Source: Candidatus Falkowbacteria bacterium
Lineage (GTDB): Bacteria; Patescibacteriota; Patescibacteriia; UBA11705
Direction: 5' to 3'
Assembly (NCBI GenBank): GCA_003518055.1
Contig: DOZJ01000006.1
Coordinates: 43,837-107,836, forward strand
DNA: 64,000 nucleotides
Position 1 is the stretch's first letter. Every line of letters begins with the position of its first letter. The translations under genes were made by a program, and so were the position numbers. Shown here in pieces: positions 57,112 through 64,000 of the stretch. The notes under the pieces are model-generated. The model was not told the origin of the DNA and did no database searches. It saw nothing but the letters and a program-made list of their open reading frames with translations.

Positions 57112-57399
57112 GCATTATCTGAAAACACGTGAAGCAATGGGTCTAAGTGATGTTAAAGCAGATTGAGTTTTGGTGTAAGGCCATGGTTGACAGGGGTTTT
57201 TTTTCAAAGTAAGATATTTGATATACGAAAAATTATGATATTTTTCTCAAACAATCAATCTTTCATGATGGGTATGATGATGAACATGCCGGGTTTTTGT
57301 TTGGGAATTGAGATGTGAAATCTAAGGGTGTTTTAACTGATGGATTCACATCAACTTCCCAGACGTCTGGGATGTTTTTTTATAAATAATATAAAGAAT

Positions 57400-58155
57400 A
57401 TGAAATCGATTATTGCGATAGTGTCTGATTTTGGTGATGATTTTGCCGTGGCTCAGCTTGTTGGTGTGATTAAAAAAATAAATCATGAAGCAGAAGTAGT
57501 AATTTTAGCTAATGATATTTCGCCCTTTAATATCGGAGAGGGGGCTTTTGTTTTGGCTGAAGGGAGTAAATATTTCCCACAGGGGACTATCTTTGTCGGG
57601 GTGATTGACCCCGGGGTCGGAACGAGTCGTCGGAGTCTTGTTTTGGAAACAGATAGTGGGTGGTATGTGGGGCCTGATAACGGATTGTTTACCCTGATAA
57701 TCAAGGATCAAAGAATTAAGCGGGTGACCGTGATTCACGAAGACAAAATAAATGAAACTCGAACTGCGACATTTCATGGCAGGGATGTTTTTGCCCATGT
57801 AGCGGCCAAGTTATCTTTGGGGCAGAATCAAAATGATTGGGGGGCAAGTATTCAGATAGGTGAACTGAATCAATTAAAGTTTCGAGACAATGAAATTATA
57901 TATTTTGATTGTTATGGAAATGCTAAGATCAATCAAAATTGTGATCGGTTTAGCTTTGGTGATAAATTGAAAATATCGTGTAAGTCAAAATCGATTGAGG
58001 TTATTTTTGGTAAAACTTTTGGTGACGTGACGGTCGGGGATTTTGTGGCTTATAAAGGGTCAAACAATTGTTTGGAGTTGGCAATTAATCAGGATTCAGT
58101 GCGAGAAAAATTGGGTTTGCGGCTGGGACAGATTTTACAGATTGATAAAGAGTAA
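57400..58155 (+). CDS. SAM hydroxide adenosyltransferase (DUF62 / SalL-FlA chlorinase-fluorinase fold)
   Basis: IIAIVSDFGDDFAVAQ, VGVIDPGVGTSRRS, GPDNGLFT, TFHGRDVFAHVAA motifs matching DUF62. Confidence 0.75.
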   Translation: MKSIIAIVSDFGDDFAVAQLVGVIKKINHEAEVVILANDISPFNIGEGAFVLAEGSKYFPQGTIFVGVIDPGVGTSRRSLVLETDSGWYVGPDNGLFTLIIKDQRIKRVTVIHEDKINETRTATFHGRDVFAHVAAKLSLGQNQNDWGASIQIGELNQLKFRDNEIIYFDCYGNAKINQNCDRFSFGDKLKISCKSKSIEVIFGKTFGDVTVGDFVAYKGSNNCLELAINQDSVREKLGLRLGQILQIDKE

Positions 58156-58160
58156 TTTTA

Positions 58161-58193
58161 AAAAATGAAAAAAGACTGTAGGTTTACAGTCTT
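58161..58193 (-). terminator. terminator between convergent DUF62 and helicase genes (AAGACTGTA-GGTT-TACAGTCTT; strong T-run on minus strand)
   Basis: hand-folded. Confidence 0.6.
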
Positions 58194-58225
58194 CGGTTTG
58201 GGCCCTGAGGCGGGCGTTGAGGTCG

Positions 58226-61200
58226 CTAATAATTCATTACCGCTAGGAATGGTGTCGCGTGGACGTATTTCGTACCCTGATGGGACGCGAATGGACCGCG
58301 CGCGGTTTCACAGAAAAATTCAGGTTGATTATCGGACGGGATCAATTCCGAGTCGGGTTTGACGACATAAATAGTATTGCTGCCATTGCGGCACTGCCAC
58401 TCGAGGCCGCGCGGTGTATTGACCGGTCTGAATTGAAGTTTTTTGGCCGTGCCTTTGTCGACGCGGCGTTCAGCTTGGGTTTTGTCTTTCAAATAGGCCG
58501 CGATTTCCGCCGCGTGTTCATAGCGATACAGCTCTTCGGCGGTTGGTGGTGCGAACTCTTCAATTTCGATGTCATCCAATTGATTACTGTCAGTAAGCGT
58601 GGCCGTTCCGGGAGTGTGTAATTGGATTTTGATGGTTGAACCGGTGCAGTCGGCTACGAGTTCAGCCACCATGTGACCATTGAGCGTAGAATACAGAATT
58701 ACCACATGGTCCTGCTGCTTGGCGCGGTACTGGGCCGTGAATTTTTCGTCTTCGCAAGCGCAGGGTGTGAGTCCATTCTGGGCTTTGGTCAAATCGATTT
58801 CATGATTACAAACCGGACAGAGCGTGTACCAGTCGTGAAGGTGTCGAGCCAGCAGTTGACGATGAGTTTCTTCGCGTTTCTTAGCGGTTTTTTTCGCTTC
58901 GGCGATTCGTCTCAGACGATTGATGGTGGCTGCGGCCGAATCAAGTTCACGAAGAACAAACCAACGGGAGGCGGCATCCAGAAATTCGTCCAGTGGTCTA
59001 AAGGCGTATTGTTCCAGGCGGCGAAAATCGTCCTGATCTTTGAATTGGTCGAGATAAGCACCCAGAAGCGTGATAATTTCCGGCGTCAACATTTCTTTGA
59101 GCCGCCGCTGCTTATTTTCAATCTCGGCGCGTTCTCGGGCATATTCTTCGGCGCGGCGCACGCGGTCAGCTTCCTGCCGCGCTTGCACAACTTCAAGCGC
59201 CGGTCCGAGTTGACGCTGAGTTTCCGCTGCACAACCCAAGATCAGTCGCTGGTTGTGGTCGGTCTTGAGAGGGGAATAGATTTTATCACCGAACAATTGA
59301 TTATAGACAGTCTGGTAAATTATGTCAGCTCTTCGTTCATTGGTCCAGTTAAAACGATCCACGCTATCCAACTGAGATGTGATCCAAGCGATGAGCGCTC
59401 GACGGCAAACTGTATTGAGCATCAAGCGTTCTTCGAGTGACAAATATGAAGCAGCGTCTGCAAGAGACAGCGTGTCATCTTCAAGACCGATGGAGATCAC
59501 GCCATTGAAACGGTATTTGACCATAATCGCAAAGTCATGAGTACTGAGATTGACCTCGAGATTAGCCAGATTAATTTGCGGCCGAATCAGATGCGGTGCG
59601 ACTTCTTCGATCCATTCGAGCTTGAATGGCGCCACATGGTCCATGTAGGTTCGCTGTTCGCCATAGACTTCTTTGCCTTTTTTACCGATTCCGGCAGCGA
59701 TCACATATTGGGTGTTGGTTCGGTACATGACCGATCCGCGGTGGATGTGAACGGTACCGGCGGCCGGATGAAGATATTCGCTTCGACCGGTGCTTTTCAT
59801 GGCGTTGTGGGCGAAGGCGGCCAACACGCACTTGTGGATGGCTGTAGCGTCCGGATTGGAGATCACGCTGTCGCTATCAGCCGGCGGTTCAACTTCAATG
59901 CCAATGTCGCGCAGCAAGTCACAGATTTGGTCGGAAATCATATCCACTTCAACCAGCGCGCGATGAAGCAGGAAATGGTTGAAACACCAATTCTTTTGGC
60001 TGACTTCGTCAGGTTCGAGGTCCCACAACCGAAAGATTTTGAGATACGACATGTAGTCAGATTGGCGATCCCGAACCAAATCCCAGGCTCGTTCCGCTTC
60101 TTCCCGATTTTCGTCTTTAGCGTAGATATAGACACTACGATTGGTCGAGAGAAAGGCCGCGAGAATGGTGGCTTCCATCAAACAATTGTACTTTTGAGCT
60201 GTCAGGACCAGTTTGGCAATGCGCGGATCAAGCGGCAAAGCCGCCATTTGAGCGCCGAGTGGCGTCAGATGGCGTTCCTTGTCGATGGCGCCAAGCTCAA
60301 ATAGTAGTTCGAGGGTGTCGCGCACGCGGTTAAAGTCCGGCGGATCCAAGAAGGGGAAATGTTCGATATCGCCTTCACCGATGGCGATCAGATGCAGTAG
60401 GGTGTTTTCAATCGGCGTCCGGTGGATTTCCGGTTCAGTGTATTTGGGCCGAGATTTGAAACTGCTTTCAGTGAATAGCCGATAGCACTCACCCGGGGCG
60501 GTTCGTCCGGCCCGGCCGGCTCGCTGATCGCACCCGGCCTGCGAGTGTTCGACCACTTTGAGGGCGGCAACCTGATGACCGTTCCAGGTGTTTTCCAACT
60601 CTTCTTGTTTGACTAAGCCGGAATCGATGATCACCGTCAAGCCATCGGGCGTGACCGAGGTCTCGGCTACGTTGGTGGCGATAATGATTTTTCGGGCTGA
60701 GCATGGTTCGAGCGCTTCGTTCTGCTTCTCAACCGGGAGGTTGCCATGCATGTGAAAAATACGAATGTTTGGAATTCTTAGCTCGGTAATGCCGGCCTCT
60801 ACCCAATTGATTTCTTTGACTCCGGGAACAAAGATGAGAATATCACCTTCCCGGCTGCTGTCGCAGACATACTGAACACGGCGGACAATGACATCGATGT
60901 ATTCGGGTGGTCTGGATTCCCAGCGTCCGTCTACTCGGTGTTCGACCGGTTCGGTATTATAGTTGGTCGGACTGTAATGAATTTTGACCGGGAAATTGAA
61001 GCCTTCGACTTCGACGATGGGCGCGCCACCGAAAAAGGTTGAAAACTTGTTGGCGTCGATTGTCGCCGAAGCCACAACCACCTTCAAAGTCGGATCTTGA
61101 TCGAGTACTTTTTTTAAACAACCAAGCAACAGGTCGGAATCGAGCGAGCGCTCGTGAGCTTCGTCCACAAAGATGATTTGATAACGGCGCAGCTGAGGGT

Positions 61201-61549
61201 CTTCGAGCATCTCACGCAGCATGATGCCCGTGGTCATATAAACGATATTATCATCGTCGCGGCGATCGACAACATGGCGAATCTGAAAACCGAAGTTGGT
61301 TGAGTGGCCGAATTGCTGGCGAACGAATTTAGTTGCGCTAGTCACGGCCACGCGGCGCGGTTCGGTGACTGCGATTTGACCACGAGGCGCGAGACCGGCT
61401 TCATGCAGCATTTTGGGGCCGAGGATGGTTTTGCCGGATCCGGTTTTGCCGACGAGAATGGTTACTTGATTATTTCGGACGGTGGATACAAAGCGTTCTC
61501 GGGCCGCAACCATAGGTAGCGTGTTGAGATTCATGAGAACTCCTTCCAT
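58226..61549 (-). CDS. DEAH-box ATP-dependent helicase, HrpA/HrpB-like, with C-terminal Cys4 zinc-ribbon region
   Basis: GKTGSGKT, DEAHERS, TNVAETSVT, QRAGRAGR, HA2/OB region, then CPVCNHE...CACEDE. Confidence 0.75.
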   Translation of the reverse strand: MEGVLMNLNTLPMVAARERFVSTVRNNQVTILVGKTGSGKTILGPKMLHEAGLAPRGQIAVTEPRRVAVTSATKFVRQQFGHSTNFGFQIRHVVDRRDDDNIVYMTTGIMLREMLEDPQLRRYQIIFVDEAHERSLDSDLLLGCLKKVLDQDPTLKVVVASATIDANKFSTFFGGAPIVEVEGFNFPVKIHYSPTNYNTEPVEHRVDGRWESRPPEYIDVIVRRVQYVCDSSREGDILIFVPGVKEINWVEAGITELRIPNIRIFHMHGNLPVEKQNEALEPCSARKIIIATNVAETSVTPDGLTVIIDSGLVKQEELENTWNGHQVAALKVVEHSQAGCDQRAGRAGRTAPGECYRLFTESSFKSRPKYTEPEIHRTPIENTLLHLIAIGEGDIEHFPFLDPPDFNRVRDTLELLFELGAIDKERHLTPLGAQMAALPLDPRIAKLVLTAQKYNCLMEATILAAFLSTNRSVYIYAKDENREEAERAWDLVRDRQSDYMSYLKIFRLWDLEPDEVSQKNWCFNHFLLHRALVEVDMISDQICDLLRDIGIEVEPPADSDSVISNPDATAIHKCVLAAFAHNAMKSTGRSEYLHPAAGTVHIHRGSVMYRTNTQYVIAAGIGKKGKEVYGEQRTYMDHVAPFKLEWIEEVAPHLIRPQINLANLEVNLSTHDFAIMVKYRFNGVISIGLEDDTLSLADAASYLSLEERLMLNTVCRRALIAWITSQLDSVDRFNWTNERRADIIYQTVYNQLFGDKIYSPLKTDHNQRLILGCAAETQRQLGPALEVVQARQEADRVRRAEEYARERAEIENKQRRLKEMLTPEIITLLGAYLDQFKDQDDFRRLEQYAFRPLDEFLDAASRWFVLRELDSAAATINRLRRIAEAKKTAKKREETHRQLLARHLHDWYTLCPVCNHEIDLTKAQNGLTPCACEDEKFTAQYRAKQQDHVVILYSTLNGHMVAELVADCTGSTIKIQLHTPGTATLTDSNQLDDIEIEEFAPPTAEELYRYEHAAEIAAYLKDKTQAERRVDKGTAKKLQFRPVNTPRGLEWQCRNGSNTIYVVKPDSELIPSDNQPEFFCETARGPFASHQGTKYVHATPFLAVMNY

Positions 61550-61677
61550 TTTTTGTATGTCAAAGGGCTGATGCCCGGTTTGGGTATGCTATGGGCAACG
61601 TACAATTATAGCACGGAAAGATAAAATTGTCAATATTTGTTCTAGTTTTACTTAAATTTTACTATTAACAGGTTTTA

Positions 61678-61706
61678 TTGACTTATTTTACGAAGTTAAG
61701 TATAAT
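61678..61706 (+). promoter_or_regulatory. sigma70-type promoter TTGACT-17-TATAAT ~220 nt upstream of tRNA-Asp
   Basis: near-perfect consensus. Confidence 0.55.
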
Positions 61707-61732
61707 CTGGGCAGGCGTTTTGAAAAAGATAG

Positions 61733-61787
61733 TGAGAGAGAATTGAGAGATTGAGAGAATTGAGAGATTGAGAGAAGTAAGAGAATT
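61733..61787. repeat. microsatellite ATTGAGAGA x ~6 in the long leader between promoter 61678-61706 and tRNA-Asp
   Basis: direct inspection. Confidence 0.6.
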
Positions 61788-61849
61788 GATACGGCTGTTC
61801 GTGAACGGCGGGATGGATTCTAGCGTTTCTCATGACTCAAATTTCGAGT

Positions 61850-62110
61850 TTTGGATTTATGCGCCATAGGACGCATCCCTGCCTACCGGCAGGCAGGTGT
61901 CCTTTGGCAGAGAATTTAAAATTTAATGTGGATCGGTGGTGTAGTTGGTTAACACACCTCCCTGTCACGGAGGAGATCACGGGTTCGAGTCCCGTCCGGT
62001 CCGCCAGCCTACGCTCTTACTGCGTAGAGCTTCGGCTGGCGAGCCAAAGTTAGCGATTCATTTTACTTTGTAGAGCTTCGTCTGCCTGCCGGCAGGCAGG
62101 GTTGGAAAGT
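61850..62110. repeat. GC-rich dispersed repeat copies flanking tRNA-Asp (palindromes at 61878-61897 and 62081-62100; CTACGCTCTTACTGCGTAGAGCTTCGG at 62010-62036)
   Basis: same family as 1800-2050, 35762-35905. Confidence 0.65.
61930..62006 (+). tRNA. tRNA-Asp (anticodon GTC), CCA encoded
   Basis: hand-folded cloverleaf: acceptor GGATCGG/CCGGTCC, anticodon arm CCTCC-CTGTCAC-GGAGG, T-arm ACGGGTTCGAGTCCCGT, discriminator G + CCA. Confidence 0.85.
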
Positions 62111-62224
62111 CACCTAGAGATGGGTGTTTTTTTGTTTTAAGTAAAAATTAATTTACATTTTTTGTGATTGGTCATTGTTTATTTGTTATTAGTTATCTTA
62201 TGCACAAAGGGACTAAAATTAGTT

Positions 62225-62253
62225 TTGCGCCAAGCGGATAAAAATGTTATAAT
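62225..62253 (+). promoter_or_regulatory. promoter TTGCGC-17-TATAAT for open-ended ORF 62305
   Basis: good -10, fair -35. Confidence 0.45.
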
Positions 62254-62304
62254 TTAGAAGAATAAAATTACATATATTAAATCAAAGAATAAATTCCTAA
62301 TATT

Positions 62305-64000
62305 ATGGCGTTAGCAGAACAATTTTCACAACCAACTCCAATCAAAAAAGATCGGCCCAAGCTTGAAGCGGTGCCGGTTGGAGAAAAATCAGCAAAAAAG
62401 ATTGAATTGTTTCAGGAAGAACCGGGCATGGCGCGTAAATTTAAGGAATTATTGGAGCGGAAAAAACAGGCAATCCAAAATATTATTGATCAATATTTGA
62501 AAAAATTGGATACTGGCGCCAAGGCGACAGAATTTTCTGATTTGATCAATTCATTACCAGTGTCGGTCAGACGACAGATGAAAGTAGATGGGATGCTTGA
62601 ACTGATGCTCAATCCCAAGAAGAATACGGCTGAAGTCAAAGAGCATTTGGAGCTGCATGGCGCAGATATGATTAGAAGATTTGACAAGCAAGCAGGGGAT
62701 CAGAGGACGATGCTTCATCGGGAGTTGGTGGATGAAGCTCGTAAAACTTCTCGAGAAGATCGTGAATCGAAAATCAATAAATACCGCGACGATTTGGCTC
62801 GAGTGCGAGAAAAAATCACGGCCCTCAGAGAAGCGGCGGATCAAAAGAAAACGGTTGTTAAGGAACAAGCAGGTCGAGAAGAAGACGCAGCGCTTGCAGC
62901 GGTGAGTGAAAGTGCGGATGAATATCGGCGAAAAAAAGATCAAGCTGATTCTGCGGAAGCAGACCAGCTGATAGAACAAGTTGGAGCAACAACCGATCGG
63001 CAGCGAGAACGGGCGGCGGCGTTTGAGAAAAAGCTGGACAAAGTCAAAGATTTTTCCGGTTTGTACAAGATGATCGCGAAGGAATTCAAGGCGATGACTC
63101 GAACTGAAATTGTTGACGGCAAGAAAAAGAAAATCAAAGAAATCGTGGTCGGTACCAATAAATATGATTTGGGCGAAATTAAACAGATTTTAGACGCGTT
63201 TTCCAAGCATAAGGATTTTACCCCCAAGACACCGCTTTTGGCATTTTTGCCGTATGAAGGGGGAATTGCCAATAAAGCTAAGGAATTATTGCTCGATAGA
63301 CAATTAAAAGGCATTTCGCGCACCGAATTGGAAGATATCCGCTATCGAATGGAAGGCAAGGGTGAAGCTTTTGATAAGGCGTATGACAAGCGCGGGGAAT
63401 TAGCGGCCGATAAAACAAAAGCAGAAATCGAGGCGGCGGGACTGGACGACGCGGGCGAAGGTAATATTGAGGCGGAAAAGCAGGAAAGGGTCTATAAAAC
63501 GCAAAAGAAAGCGGAACAAGTTGAAACCAAAAAAATGAAAAAATTGGCTAACACAGACATGCCAGATTATGAAAATGATATTTACGAGTTGATGAAGGTG
63601 GAAGGATCGTCGGAGCAGGAAGCCATGCAGCGGGTAGCTGGACTACATGGACTGAAATACAAGGAGTTGAAAAAAATAATGAAAGGCAAAGATTTTTCTT
63701 CAATGGAAAGAAAAGGGACGAAAGCCATAGAATCCAGAGCAGAACAACGTCAGCAGTATGAACAGCGGGTTGAGGCGTTGGAAAAAATGGAAAATCGGAT
63801 TGTCAGTGGCCAAGGATTTTTGACGGAAAAAGAACAAACTGTGCTTGAAGACAAGGGTTTTGAGGCTTTTGCCGGAATGCATAAAAACAAGATCAGCCGC
63901 TGGCCACTTAATCGTGAGCGCCGTGTGTTTATGGAGCAAGTCAAACAATGGCAGAAATTAAAACGCGAAGTGGATACGTTGTGGAATCCTGATTTTGAAG
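62305..64000 (+). CDS. hypothetical charged/coiled-coil protein, 3'-truncated by window end (not in supplied ORF track)
   Basis: ATG 62305 opens a frame with no stop through position 64000 (>560 codons); promoter TTGCGC-17-TATAAT at 62225-62253. Confidence 0.5.
   Translation, partial: MALAEQFSQPTPIKKDRPKLEAVPVGEKSAKKIELFQEEPGMARKFKELLERKKQAIQNIIDQYLKKLDTGAKATEFSDLINSLPVSVRRQMKVDGMLELMLNPKKNTAEVKEHLELHGADMIRRFDKQAGDQRTMLHRELVDEARKTSREDRESKINKYRDDLARVREKITALREAADQKKTVVKEQAGREEDAALAAVSESADEYRRKKDQADSAEADQLIEQVGATTDRQRERAAAFEKKLDKVKDFSGLYKMIAKEFKAMTRTEIVDGKKKKIKEIVVGTNKYDLGEIKQILDAFSKHKDFTPKTPLLAFLPYEGGIANKAKELLLDRQLKGISRTELEDIRYRMEGKGEAFDKAYDKRGELAADKTKAEIEAAGLDDAGEGNIEAEKQERVYKTQKKAEQVETKKMKKLANTDMPDYENDIYELMKVEGSSEQEAMQRVAGLHGLKYKELKKIMKGKDFSSMERKGTKAIESRAEQRQQYEQRVEALEKMENRIVSGQGFLTEKEQTVLEDKGFEAFAGMHKNKISRWPLNRERRVFMEQVKQWQKLKREVDTLWNPDFE

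Noticed and set aside
1-64000. rRNA genes or further tRNAs
   Set aside because: Intergenic regions were scanned by eye for GTTCGA(A/G)TC T-loop signatures and rRNA-like conserved blocks. Only the tRNA-Asp at 61930-62006 folds convincingly.

Overview
This 64-kb window reads like the chromosome of a small-genome, moderately AT-rich bacterium, possibly Patescibacteria/CPR-like. That placement is inference only, with no rRNA in the window to confirm it.

Most of the window is housekeeping, recognised from the translations:
- Translation and secretion genes: miaA, gatB, the secE-nusG-rplK-rplA cluster, rplY, rpmE and the prfA-prmC operon.
- Replication and envelope genes: gyrB, an FtsW/RodA-family gene and lgt.
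- A four-gene MacAB-type efflux operon (membrane-fusion protein, ATPase, two permeases) headed by an AbrB-like regulator.
- A dense pyrimidine deoxynucleotide (dTTP) supercluster of about 7 kb: dcd, dCMP deaminase, a P-loop kinase, dut, an unknown 290-aa protein, a MazG-like protein, a Tmk-Tdk fusion, a DHFR-like protein and thyA.
- A 3206-aa surface protein with NHL, FG-GAP, BNR, FN3, DUF11, TSP3-like and CarbopepD_reg-like modules, followed by a DUF62 SAM hydroxide adenosyltransferase and an HrpA-like DEAH helicase.
- One tRNA-Asp(GTC).

Overlaid on this is unusual non-coding architecture:
- A GC-rich palindromic dispersed repeat family built around CCTGCCTGCCGGYAGGCAGG.
- AT-rich T(T/C)GTAAT direct-repeat arrays immediately upstream of several SD-less genes, and also in-frame inside miaA.
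- Two GC-rich tandem-repeat arrays sitting inside essential operons.
- A roughly 70-nt conserved leader duplicated in front of two unrelated genes.
- Many perfect TTGACA-17-TATAAT promoters and clean intrinsic terminators.

Two accessory blocks of hypothetical genes are the best candidates for an undescribed system: 23.7-27.4 kb (six or so small Cys/Trp-rich cytosolic proteins sharing C-terminal DPWW-type tails) and 36-43 kb (methyltransferase, SemiSWEET, small membrane paralogs, HD, lipoprotein, HNH, EEP, with mosaic base composition). No CRISPR array, rRNA or prophage structural genes are present.
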